Assembly: GCF_009914755.1 (NCBI RefSeq) | Contig: NC_060925.1 | DNA: 64,000 nt | Source: the human T2T-CHM13v2.0 reference genome, Homo sapiens | Direction: 5' to 3' (one strand) | Part shown: positions 19,718-35,400 of the stretch, in pieces | How positions within the stretch are numbered: position 1 is the first letter of the stretch | Layout: each line of letters begins with the position of its first letter | Notes under the pieces: generated by a model | What the model was told of the DNA's origin: nothing | Databases searched by the model: none | Seen by the model: only the letters and a program-made list of their open reading frames with translations | Made by a program: the position numbers and the translations under genes

Positions 19718-20032
19718 CTAAGATAAATATCATAAGAGATAAGAGATATAGTTATAAATATCAGTAAACCGCAGGATTTCTTTCTCATATATGAGCTCAT
19801 TATAAAGTTTCTTCTTTTAAATTTATGACTTCTTCAACAATCAACATACAGAATAATTATAGATCAATATTAAATATACTACCAATAGTTTTACAAACCC
19901 TACTTCTTAAATACATTTTTTTTCAGTTTCATGAAAGGAATTCTGTATCTCCTACATTATTTGTTTCTAAGATTGAGTTGCCAGACTTTGAGATTTCATA
20001 AAACAGTGTGTGTGTGTGTGACACACACACAT

Positions 20033-20189
20033 ATGGCAGGGTCTTACTGTGGTTGCTCAGGCTAGTGTGCAGTGGCTATTCACAGGTGTAATCATTGCAC
20101 ACTAATCCTTGAATTCCTGGGCTCAAGCCATCCTCTTACCTCAGCCTCCTCAGGACCTGGGACTACAGGAACATGCCACTGTGCCCAGC
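20033..20189 (-). mobile_element. FAM (fossil Alu monomer)
   Basis: Monomer retaining the 7SL-like CAGTGGCTATTCACAGG segment absent from dimeric Alu. Confidence 0.75.
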
Positions 20190-20240
20190 TAATATTATCG
20201 AAAAATTTTTCAACAAATTTTGCCATAAAAGCATGTTAAA

Positions 20241-20354
20241 TATAATAAATCATAATTATAAGCTTCCAGTGGGCATCTAGCACACAGTAAGCACTGAATA
20301 AAGTAGCAAAATAATAAAAATGACAATGATAATAACAAAAAAACAAAAACAAAC
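20241..20354 (+). mobile_element. Short 5'-truncated retroposed insert, probably an SVA2-type 3' unique end
   Basis: 14-bp TSD AAAAGCATGTTAAA at 20227-20240 and 20355-20368; AATAAA at 20297 and 20313; A-rich tail; family assignment from recall. Confidence 0.7.
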
Positions 20355-20475
20355 AAAAGCATGTTAAAAAAAAAAAGCCCTGCTATCTGTATTACACCAT
20401 TGGTAGAAGAATGGCTACTCAAACACCAAAAAAAAAAAAAAAAAAAGGAGAAAGGACATAAAGAGTAAAATTCTT

Positions 20476-21697
20476 TTTTTTTTCAAAATTGAGATTTTAT
20501 TGGTTAAGGATCAGTTCAGACATTTCAATTTGTACACAATTCTTGACATATGTAACAAAAATCTAAAAAGCCATTTATTGTAATTCTTTTTTAAAGTTAT
20601 TCCAGTGACTTTCCAGCTTAAAATTTGGAAGCAAATTTTCTTTAAGAGGCTATAAAGTACCAGTATCTTCACATGTTGGTCAGCTGTTACATACAGCCCA
20701 CCAGTTCACAACTGAATAGCACCTACACTACATATTCAAATTTGTAACCTTTCACAGCACAATAACAAAGTTATTAGGAAAACAGGACTACCACAACCAA
20801 AGATGTTACAGAGTGCACACAATTCTGACAGGGAGAGCCATGATCAAAGAGTGGTTTTCTTTAGGAAACAATTCTTCTAAAAAACATGGGAATGGAAGTA
20901 ATTTAAAATGTTCAAGACATTAAATGCAGTACTGACTCCATACTGCCATTTAATATGCTTTGTATTATAGGATATAAAAACTAACCCCCCACCTATGGAA
21001 TGTTAAGCTGATACCTGAGACAGTCAAAGCCTCCCATAATTCAATATCCCACACTATTTTCTGGTTGTACCAAAAAATAAACAACCAGCAAATGATTTCA
21101 CCTCTTAAAAAAAAGCATTTACACTTAAAAAATGGGATGAGGTGGGATTCCCTCCTTCTTAAAAATGTTTCTAGAGCTACTAAAAAACTTGCATTTACAA
21201 AATAGTTGATAAAAATATTCCTCTGGATTGTACAAGAAGGGAGACAGGGACCACTGATAAGACATGGTATATGGTATTAATCAGACTTGGCTTCTTTCTC
21301 TCCTGCTTCATCAGAGGCTGGACTCTCCTCAGTTTTCGTTTCCCCATTTTCTGCAGGTAAATCTTTAGTTTCTTGGTTAGCCACTTCGGCCTGTTTTCCC
21401 TTTGCTCCCCTTTTCCCTTTTGTTTGCACTTTTTTGTCTGAAGATTTATCCTTCGCTGCTGCCTTTTTCGGCTTCGCTTCCACTGTTGCAGGAGGCTTAG
21501 CTGACAACCGCCCCGATCTCCTGTTGGGCTCTTCCTTGGCGGCCCCTTCGGCGGAGCTGACCTTCCTCTTGGGTATCCTGGCGGCAGGCAGGGCGCGTGC
21601 CGGGTGCCTGCGGGCCGTGGCGCGCCGAGAGCCTCCGCGAAACTGGGCTGCCTGGCCGCTGCCACTCCTCCCGCCGCCCGAGCTACTGAGACCCACC
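20476..21697 (-). pseudogene. HMGN1P4: Full-length HMGN1 processed pseudogene in SHCBP1L intron 2
   Basis: Intronless 5'UTR + CDS (21576-21277, ATG>ATA) + long 3'UTR; AATAAA (minus, 20496-20501); short poly(A); perfect 15-bp TSD AAGAGTAAAATTCTT at 20461-20475 and 21698-21712. Parent clear from the translation; P-number from recall. Confidence 0.93.
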
Positions 21698-22267
21698 AAG
21701 AGTAAAATTCTTAAGTTGATTTAGCTTCATGAACAACATGCTATATTGTTTATTCATCTTATTTCACCATAGTATAGTGATACTTCCCTGCACTTGTCTG
21801 AAAATCAGTGCTTCAGAACCAAAGTTGATAGTTTTTTAAAAATTTAATAAATTACACATTAATACAAATTTTAAAATGTTGGCACAAAATTAGTATTAAC
21901 ACAAACACTTCCAAAATCTGTTCTAAAAATTTTCAAGTACAGCCAATGAAATTCTTTATTTTTCGGTAGAGTTATGTCACAAAAAATATTTTAAATATCA
22001 GTAAGTGTTATATCATCAGCACATAAAACAATAATCACTTAAATACAGGAAATATCTTCAAATCACTAACCAAACTTTGAAATACAAAGTTTATAACTAA
22101 TTTAATATAAATTATGTTCTTCAAAGCAGTTATGGGACAGAAGAAAACTTAGAAAATAGAATAACAACTTAAAACTGGGTGTTTGAAGATAATAAATGAT
22201 CTGCAATCCATATTTGTGACAGGACAAAAATATATTTCCAAAGAGTCATTACGAAATATGATACTGA

Positions 22268-22921
<654 letters not shown>

Positions 22922-23011
22922 TGGCCTAGTTTTGATTTTTTTCAGTATTATACATGCATATAGTTTAGAATCAAATAGCTGTACCAGGTTTGTTATGAAA
23001 AATAGAGTTCA

Positions 23012-23707
<696 letters not shown>

Positions 23708-24129
23708 GAAAAATAGAATTCCTTGATGGTCTTCTATCACCCTCTAATTCTTGCTCCTCAGAGGCAACCATTTTTAACTCTTTTAGCTGATTATTTTTTG
23801 ACATTTATATCTTTATCTTTAAATAATATGCTTATATTGCTACTTAAAGTTTTGTTTCCAGTTTTGGCATTGGATATTGACTTCCAACTCTGAAAGATAA
23901 GAATTTAGTTATCTCTTTCATTTTGCCTCATTTCCTTAATATACAACCACTCTTTCCTGGCCTTTCATTCACCAATATGGTTATATCTTAAGTATTCAGC
24001 ATTTATCTTAATATGTTTGAAAAATGTGATTCACAGGTGAGCCATATGGTGTGAGCTGATTTTTCATTCCTGCAAAAAACGTTTTCCCAGCAGTCAATAA
24101 TTGTATTGCTTTTCATTTGCTCATTTTCT

Positions 24130-24449
24130 TTTTTCTTTCTTTCTTTTTTTTTTTTTTTTTTTTTGAGACGGAGCCTTTCTTTGTCACCCAGGCTAGAGTG
24201 CAGTGGTGTGATCTCGGGCTCACTGCAACTCCTCTGCCTCCCGGGTTCAAGCAATTCTCCTGCCTCAGCCTCCCACGTATCTGGGACTACAGGCGTGCGC
24301 CACCACATCCGGCTATTTTTTGTATTTTTAGTAGAGATGGGGTTTCACCATGTTAGCCAGGCTGGTCTTGAACTCCTGACCTCAGGCAATCCGTCCGTCT
24401 TGGCCTCCCAAAGTGCTGGTATTACAGGCGTGAGCCACTGCGCCCAGCC
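24130..24449 (-). mobile_element. AluS
   Basis: Consensus match; TSD ATTTGCTCATTTT. Confidence 0.92.
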
Positions 24450-24941
24450 ATTTGCTCATTTTCTACGTGGCTTTCATTAATTTAGCCCCAAATTCCTTAA
24501 GTTGTAAAAATCTCCTTTCAATATGTTCAAAGCCAATAGATTGTGTTTGAAATAAAATACTGGTTTCATTTTATTTAAAGCACTCTTCCAGAGTTCTCTG
24601 ACCAGTTCTATTCTGAAGTGGTTCTCTAGGCCTGCTATGTACATAGCTGTTATCACTTTGCCATCATCCCAGGAATTCCCTTTGTTTTTCTCTTAGGTTG
24701 TGGCTTCTCTACATTTTGAATCTGATGTCTTCGTATTTCTTGATTTACTCCCTTGACTGTAGATGACATCCATTAACTTCCTAAGAAAGGGTGCATTGGA
24801 CATAACTTTTGAGACCTCACATATTTGAAAATGTATTTTTTCTACACTTGACTTATAGTGTGCCTAGGTATAAAATTATACAGTGGGATATCACTTTCCC
24901 TAAAATTTTTGAAAATACATTTTCATAGCTTTTTAAAACTA

Positions 24942-25289
<348 letters not shown>

Positions 25290-26140
25290 CTACCTCTTGA
25301 TTCTTTATATAAACCTATCTTTTTCCTCTCTGGAATCTTATTGGACCTTCTCTTTGGTCCCAGTATTCCCAAATTTCATTATGTGTTGGACACTAAGTGG
25401 GCCCTTTCAGTCTAGAAATTTATGACCTTTGGTTCTGAGAAACCTTTACAATTTGACAATTTGCTTTCTTCTGTTCTTGCCACCAACCTCTTCCCCCATC
25501 TCTCTTCTCTCTTCCTTTCTTCTCCTCCTCATCTCCTCTTCACTGGTTGATCCACCCAGGCTCTTTCTGTGGTAAATCAGTATCATTAAGTCTTTTTTTT
25601 TTTTTAGCATATGATCATACAAAAATATTTCAAATCTCATTCCTGGAGTGATATGCCTTAGCTGCCTGTGTTCTAGAAGCAGAGTTGGAAGGTAGAAGAT
25701 AGAGGATCCCAACATTCAGTACCAGCAAATTTTCATGTAATTCCCTTCTTCCCAATGGGAGTACTCCCACCCTTAACCATGCTCCTCAATTTGGCTTCTT
25801 AAATTTGTAGGTTTATATCTTTTGCCAAATTTGGTAAATTTTCTGCCATTCTTTGAATATTTTTTAGCCCTCTCTCTTTCTTCTCTCCTTCTGGAACTCT
25901 GAAGACATGAATGCTAGGTCTTTTGTTATAGTCCAACATGTTCCTGAGGTTCTGTCCTTTTAAGTCTATTTTCTTTATGGTGTTAGGATTTGATAATTTC
26001 TATTTTTCTATCTTCAAGCACAATAATTGTCCTGTCTTCATTCTGCTTTTTGTTGTTGCTGTTTTACACGTTGATGTTTCCAGGTTGTTAGCTCTTCTAG
26101 TACCCCATCTAGAATATATGGTGCAAAGAAAAGCCCAGGT

Positions 26141-26444
<304 letters not shown>

Positions 26445-26485
26445 TCACAATGATCACCTTAACACCTAAATCTTTTTCTGCATTT

Positions 26486-26522
26486 CTACACTTGGATCTT
26501 AGGCAAAAGGCCAAGAAGCAAT
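26486..26522 (-). pseudogene. U2 snRNA pseudogene, 3'-truncated (nt 1-36)
   Basis: Minus strand ATTGCTTCTTGGCCTTTTGCCTAAGATCCAAGTGTAG versus U2 ATCGCTTCTCGGCCTTTTGGCTAAGATCAAGTGTAG; 14-bp TSD at 26473-26486 and 26524-26537. Confidence 0.85.
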
Positions 26523-26699
26523 GTTTTTCCACATTTCCGATTTTCATAGAAGACATTTCCAGAAATAAAGTGCTAGTTTAAAGTTCTTGATATATTTTGC
26601 TAAACTGCTTTGTACAGAAGTTATAAAAAAGTTTTCTTAATTTCTGGACCATTTTATAACCAAAATTAAGGATATGCTAGATTTCCTTCCCATCAAATA

Positions 26700-27382
26700 C
26701 AGTTGACCCTTGAACAACACATGTTCCAACTGGATGGGTCCACTTATATGCGTATTTTCTTCTGCCTCTGCTACCCTAGTGACAGCAGGACCAACTCCTC
26801 TTCTTCCTCTTCCTCCTTCTCCTCAGCCTATTAAGCATGAAGACAACAGAAATGAAGATCTTTATGATGATCTATTTCTATATAATGAATAGTAAATATA
26901 TTTTTCTCTTCCTTATGATTTTTCTTTTATGAGACAGGGTCTTGCTCTCAAATTTCTGGGCTCAAGTGATCCTCTCACCTCAGCCTCCCATGTAGAGAGG
27001 ACTATAGGTGTGCACCACCACCCAGTTCATTTTAAAATTTTCAGTAGAGATGAGGTCTTGCTATGTTGCCCAGGTTAGTCTCAAAGTTCTGACTTTAAGC
27101 GATCCTCCTGCCTTGGGCTCCCAAAATGCTAGGACTACAAGCACAGACCTCTGTGCCCTGCCTTTACAATTTTCTTAATAACATTTTCTTTTCTCTAGCT
27201 TACTTTATTGTAAGAATATAGTGTTTATCATATTTATGACATACAAAATATGTTAATCAACTGTATACGATATCAGCAAGGCTTCCAGTCAACAGTAGGC
27301 TATTAGTTAAGTATTTGGGAAGTCAAAAGTTATACACGGATTTTTGACTGTGCAGGGCCCTGCACTGTTCAGGAGTCAACAC
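26700..27382 (+). mobile_element. Tigger2a-like DNA transposon interrupted by an AluJ (minus, ~26921-27162)
   Basis: TIRs CAGTTGACCCTTGAACA ... TGTTCAGGAGTCAAC; TA at the left flank. Confidence 0.8.
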
Positions 27383-27430
27383 TATGTTTCTAAGTTTTTT
27401 GTTTGTTGGTTGGTTATTGTATGAATTCAT

Positions 27431-27904
27431 GATAGGCATAATAATGGCCCCCAAAGACGTCCATTCCCTAATCCTAATCTGTGAATATGTTACCTTACAT
27501 GGCAAAATGGACTTCACAGATGTGATTACAACTAAAGACATTGAGATGTGGAGGTCATCTTGGATTACCCAGTTGGGCCCATTCTAATCACGAGTCTATT
27601 AAAAGGGGACTGCCTTTTTAGCCTGCAGTGAAGCAGAAAGATGCAGTGTGAGAAGCACATTGAAGATGAAGGAAGAGGGCCACAAGCCACAGAATGCAGG
27701 CTGCTTCTAGAGGTTAAAAAAGGCCAGGAAACAGATTCTCCCACACAGCCTCCATAAAGGTATGCAGCCTTGCATACACCTTGATTTTAGCTCAGTTAGG
27801 CCCATGTCAGACTTCTGACCTACAGAGTTGTAAGATAATAAATTTGTATTCTTTGAGCCACTGAGTGTGGTAATTTGTTGTGGCAGCAATAGAAAACTAA
27901 TACA
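27431..27904 (+). mobile_element. MLT1 (MaLR) solo LTR
   Basis: AATAATGGCCCCCAAAGACGTCC...GGCAGCAATAGAAAACTAATACA; TG...CA ends. Confidence 0.82.
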
Positions 27905-28601
27905 GCATCTAAAGAAAAAGCGATCAGGGGCCCATAGGAATAAATTATTGTGACATCAGAACAAAGAGTATTATATAGCATTATTAATACTTCAACTGAA
28001 GTAAGACTAAAGAAGCAGAGTCAGATAAAACAACAATATGAATTGTGCAGCACTATCTTAAGAGGTCCCAAGAGCCATTCTCACTTGTTTTTCTGCCACA
28101 AAAGAATTAGAATCTGCCAATATACTGTTTTGCTTTTTCCTCTGTTCTTATGCTTCATCCTGTCTTTCTAACATTTAGAGGACATTACTAGACCCTCACA
28201 AATTCTAAAGCAAGGCAGGGACAGATTAAATAATCAATGTATTGCAGGTAAAACCTTAGAAATTGATAGAACTTTAAGGTTACCTAATCCACTGAGTTTC
28301 CATGGAACTTTAGAGATCTTGAAAAGTTTTATGGAGTATAGGGGCTATCATGAGGTATGGAGAGAGCTGCTAAGACACCATCATCCATTTCAATCAGAAA
28401 TGTTCTGCTTTAATGTTAAGCTTCCACATAAAACCTGATTGAAAAAAAACCCACAAACTTATACTAAAAAAAAAAAAGTCATAAAGCCAGATGAAAACCA
28501 TTTTTATCCAGATGAAAAAAATCCAGAGAAGTTGTGAAAGATCTCGGCAAAGCTACTCAAAGTCTGAAGATGAGCAAACCTCTACAAAACAGAGTACTAC
28601 T

Positions 28602-28893
28602 GGCTGGGCATGGTGGCTCTGCCTGTAATCCCAGCACTTTGGGAGACTGAGGTGGGTGGATCACTTGAGGTCGGGGGTTCGAGACCAGCCTGGCCAACAT
28701 AGTGAAATCCCGTTTTTACTAAAAACACAAAAATTAGCCGGGTGTGGTGGTACACGCCTGCAGTCACAGCTACTCAGGAGGCTGAGGTGGGAGGACTGCT
28801 TGAAACCTAGAGGAAGAGGTTGCAGTGAGCTGAGATTGCACCACTGCACTCCAGCCTGGGCAACAGAGTTAGACCTTATCTTGAAAAAAAAAG
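28602..28893 (+). mobile_element. Alu
   Basis: Consensus match. Confidence 0.9.
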
Positions 28894-29013
28894 AAAAAGG
28901 AAAAGAAACAGTATTACTGAAATATTAACTAATAGAGTCTTATTGAAAAATTAACTAATCCCAATAATCTTTTACATTCCTTTGTAATCTCTGTGACTGA
29001 AAATATGGTATTC

Positions 29014-29268
29014 TTTTTTTTTTTTTTTTTGAGATGGGGCCTCACTATGTCACCCAGGCTCACTGCAACCTCTGCCTCCCAGGCTCAAGCGATCCTCCCA
29101 CCTCAGCCTCCTGAGTAGCTGGGACCACAGGTGTGTGCCTGTTTTTCTGGTAGAGATGGGGTTTCACCATGGTGCTCAGGCTGGTCTCTAACTCCTGAGC
29201 TCAAGTGATTCACCTACCTTGGCCTCCCAAAGTGTTGGGACTACAGGCGTGAGCCACCACGCCCAGCC
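29014..29268 (-). mobile_element. AluJ with internal deletions
   Basis: Consensus match. Confidence 0.88.
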
Positions 29269-29531
29269 GCCATTCTTTATCTGTAAAACTGACACTGACT
29301 TTTCCACAGAACACATATTTTTAAATTGTTTTCAAGTAGTATATAATACAACAAGTTACATACATAAGTTTTTCTTGTATCCAAAAATACAGATTTAAAC
29401 TAACTATCTGGGGTAAGGGTATCATTTGTGGTTATAAATATTAATTTCTATATAAGGATAATTGACCTTTAACAGAATCAAACATGCCACAATGTTTAGC
29501 CTACAGGCCTAACAAAGAAAAATCTTATTAG

Positions 29532-29922
<391 letters not shown>

Positions 29923-29939
29923 TTATACTAGAAGGGTAC

Positions 29940-30057
29940 TTTTTTTTTTTGAGACGGAGTCTCACTCTGTTGCCCAGGCTGGAGTGCAGTGGCATGATCT
30001 CAGCTCACTGCAAGCTCCGCCTCCTGGGTTCACACCATTCTCCTGCCTCAGCCTCCC
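29940..30057 (-). mobile_element. 5'-truncated AluY (part of right arm only)
   Basis: TSD AAGGGTACTTTT on both sides. Confidence 0.88.
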
Positions 30058-30443
30058 TAAAAAGGGTACTTTTCAAAGGAAAAAAATTTCAAATTTTCCC
30101 AGTAGTTTTCTGATCCATTTCTTTTTTTTTCCTCATCTGAACTAAACTTCTTAATTCAGATAAATGAAGATTAAAGGGAAAAGACAGAAAAAGAAGGCCC
30201 AAGTTTGTTAAAGACTGAATCACTAATTTTATAAGAAATGCATTTTTGTTATTTTTACATTAGTTGAGCAAAAACTAGGCTAATAAATATTGTCTGATAC
30301 TACTAGATTCCATTTAATGATAATGGTTTACAGGCACTAATATTCCCCTAACCTTCTTTTTACACTATTAATTTTCTCGGAAACTTAAAACAGAAGTAAA
30401 AATGTGTCAACTCTTGTGTATCAATCTCCAAATAATAAAGTCA

Positions 30444-30653
<210 letters not shown>

Positions 30654-31059
30654 CTAACAAGAGAAAAAATGGATCTACATATAAATATATGAAATTATAG
30701 ATTTTAAACTAAGTGGTTTTTTTTTTTTTTACTGATTTCTATTTTAAAATGGAACCAATATAGCCTTAAATAATGAATGACCTGGAAAATTACAGATTTT
30801 AACTGAAACCGCATCTAGTGGAAAACATCACCAACAAAAAATTAAACTTAAAAGAGATCTATTCACTCGAATAATTCATAGATAAGACAGCTAGTTATTG
30901 TTTATGTCTTAATTTTCAACTTTTTATAAATATCACTGCAGTGAATATGCAGGTACACAAATTCTTCTGCTACAACTTAAAAAAATAGGTTAGAAACATG
31001 AAATATTTGCTCTATTCCGTTTTATCAGATATGTATTTTCTATAAAAGAAAGTCATGCC

Positions 31060-31341
31060 ACCAGGCACGGTGGCTCATGCCTGTAATCCCAACACTTTGG
31101 GAGGCCGAAGCGGGCAGATTACCTGAGGTCGGGAGTTCGAGTCCAGCCTGACCAACTGGAGAAACCCCATCTGTACTAAAAAAAAATACAAAATTAGCCA
31201 GGCGTGGTGGCTCATGCCTGTAATCCCAGCTACTCGGGAGGCTGAGGCAGGAGAATTGCTTGCACCGGGAGGCGGAGGTTGTGTGAGCCGAGATTGCCCC
31301 ACTGCATTCCGGCATGGGCAACAAGAATGAAACTCCGTCTC

Positions 31342-31434
<93 letters not shown>

Positions 31435-31465
31435 TTTATATATATATATACACACACATATATAT
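31060..31465 (+). mobile_element. AluS with long poly(A) followed by (TA)n(CA)n microsatellite
   Basis: Consensus match 31060-31385; repeats visible. Confidence 0.9.
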
Positions 31466-31699
31466 CATGCCGCATTGTGGACTGCTGAGTGGGAAGTACC
31501 CTTAAAGTAATTTCTAGCATTCTAGTGTAAAAGTCAAGGCTAAGTGATCTTACTCATGTTTGGACATAAACTGTTAAATAAAGGTACCAAGATTCATGCC
31601 TGTGCAATGATAAGGCCAATATATCTTCATTTTTTAGGAGCTCTCAGAAAATTCTCTCTCAGGGCTGTCCCGTTACCTGACGAATTTTGTCGGAAACTC

Positions 31700-32700
<1,001 letters not shown>

Positions 32701-33406
32701 GCCCTCTGTCTCCCCCAGGGGAGGTTTCCTTAGGGTCCTCATACGTTTCAGGGTGATTATGAGTCACCTTCCAGGTCATCAGGACCTAAAAAAATGCTCC
32801 ACCTACCACTCCACAAACAAAGCCTGAAAGAAAATTTATTTTCATACTGGGAGGTGACACTAACTGGAACCCTCTGGCTATTACTAGAGGAAACCCTAGT
32901 GACAAATCCAGCAACCTAGATTTCCCTTTTAGCCCCCACCTATTACAGGGTTCACCAAATAGGATTTCCTTTACATTTTAAATAGGACTTTCACTTTTTG
33001 CCAAGATGTGGTCATACCAAGGAGAAGTTAGTCTGTTTTCTTGTCTCTGTTGTGCTATTCAAAATTCTCACATAAAAGATTATATTATATAACTGTTAAA
33101 CTGGACAACAACTTCCAGCTGGGAGTGATGTGTGCAAACTATGAACACTTTCACGATAAAAGTCTGTTCCAGATCATACATTTTGGAGAACAACAGAGAC
33201 CACTCACTTCTGGTATTTTACTGTTGAATGTATATTGAGCCAATTGGAATTAACGTTTGTTCACAGTCTAGCTGTGAAATACTGCACTGAAGCTGACAGC
33301 TCCCAAGGAGAACAGCATTGGGAAAACACCTGCCTTCCTTCACACTCGTCTGGAAGAACACTATGTTAAATTCTGAGTTTATTTTGAGGAAAATATTAAC
33401 ATCATG

Positions 33407-33710
<304 letters not shown>

Positions 33711-34139
33711 TTAACATCATGTTACTGTAGTTTAGGGAATAATTACAACATGCATCATGTTTCAATTCTATTCTTACTTTATTCCTTTCGTTGAGTCCTG
33801 GACTTTGTTTATAACAATACTAACTGCATATTTCACTCACACACACACACACAAATGTTTTACTCTAGTGTTTCTTCAAAAGTTTGTTTTTGATAAATTA
33901 TGGGTTTTTTAATTCTTAGGTTCTGAATAATAAAGACCACCTGTCCTGGGCCAAAGTTTAAAAACAGCAACAGCTCCCTTTTCCTCCAAAAGGCAAATAC
34001 TTGTTAGAAATCTGTTACATGCCACACAATGCGTAGATGCCACAGTTATAGAGGTAAAAGACCAAATCCCTGCCCTCGTAATCCTAGTGAAAGATACAGA
34101 TGGGTCAGTAGATGATTGTGTTTGGTAAGGACCATGCTT

Positions 34140-34228
34140 TTATTTATGTAAATACACATAAATACATACATATATATATTTATATACACACAAATAATTT
34201 GTATTTATTTATGTGTGTATATATATGC

Positions 34229-34259
<31 letters not shown>

Positions 34260-34268
34260 CACATATAT
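34140..34268. repeat. (TA)n/(TG)n/(CA)n low-complexity repeat
   Basis: Directly visible. Confidence 0.85.
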
Positions 34269-34338
34269 TCCACATTGTAGGAGAAAAGGACCTTTCTTCT
34301 CCAAAGAAGGGATACTTAAGCTGAGTTTTTAAAACAAC

Positions 34339-35400
34339 TTTTTTCTTTTTTTTTGCCTCCCAAAGAAATTTAGCTTGTTTCTCCCACCTCCTGTCTCCTC
34401 CAGGATGCTTTGACAAATGGAATACCACTGTCCCTTTTTCCTACAATGACTCCCTTCTCCCAACACAGAGCTCCCAATGCCCAGGCTCAAGATCGGCTTT
34501 CAGTTCCACCCATGGCCACTGCGTTTCTTGGTCATTCTTCAAGGGGTCTTTGTGTTCTCAACCTTCTGCCGCAATCCCAAGTGGAAGCTCTGTTGGCTCG
34601 CCCTCTAGTCCTCTTCCTGCTGAGCCAGTCTTCAACTAGGAATCACACCAGAGTCACCAGGACAAGGAAAGCTAGGCCCATCTGAAGGAGATTCTGGGCA
34701 GTGTGGTCTCAGAGGGCACAGTCTTTCTGGAGTCCCGTCTCTGGTTAAAAGGTAGGTGTCCCAAGAGCCAGAAGAGGTGGGGTCTGCTGGTGTTCTCAAT
34801 GTCACCTATGATCAGGAGCTTTGCCAGTTCACTGGGGAAAGACCACACATGGTTGTTATAGGAGCCAAAACATCGGTATGTCCCTCTGTGGGTTGTGGTC
34901 ACAGGACCAATGGGGAACTCCGCCTGGACATTCCCATATCTGCACTGTGTGCGGCTGGATCTTCCCTCCTGTTACCACCAGATCCAGAGTCACTGGGCTC
35001 CGACCAGAGCTCCCCAGCCAGATAGAAGCAGCTGTATAGCCCTGCTGTGCGGAAGGTCATGAGTAGGATGTGGAATTCAACTTTGTTAATCCATTCAGGG
35101 GGTTTTGGTCTCTCCATGGCAGAAAGGCTTCCTTCAAAGTACAGCTGGTATTCAACAGCCTCAGAATCTCCCCAGTGACAGATGGTCACCGGCTTTTCAT
35201 TTGGATTCATGAACTGGGTTCAGCCCAGATGATGGGTTTTGGGAGAGTCTGCTGCTGAGCACTGATCCTCTGGCTCAGACACAGCCAGTGGCAGAGCAGG
35301 GCAGGGAGTGCAGAAGGCATCACTCAGATTCTGCCAGTCGAGTGCCAAGCAGTGGGGTGGGGACTGAGCCCAGCAGGCCAGGAGATGCACAGTATGTGGT
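34339..35400 (-). pseudogene. NCR1 (NKp46) processed pseudogene
   Basis: ATG at 35320: [35 protein letters not shown]; then [12 protein letters not shown]...ELWSEPS; [21 protein letters not shown]; TM region; stop at 34534-34532; 3'UTR and poly(A) remnant 34339-34354; intronless with several frameshifts; 5' boundary uncertain. Confidence 0.9.

Noticed and set aside
20006-20032. (GT)n-(AC)n inverted repeat next to the FAM tail
   Set aside because: Short microsatellite hairpin with no evidence of function.
21660-21720. Possible in-frame exonisation of the HMGN1 copy onto SHCBP1L exon 2
   Set aside because: The nearby AGs (CTCAG|TAG|C) are phase 2 relative to the HMGN1 frame while exon 2 ends in phase 0, and the pyrimidine tract is weak.
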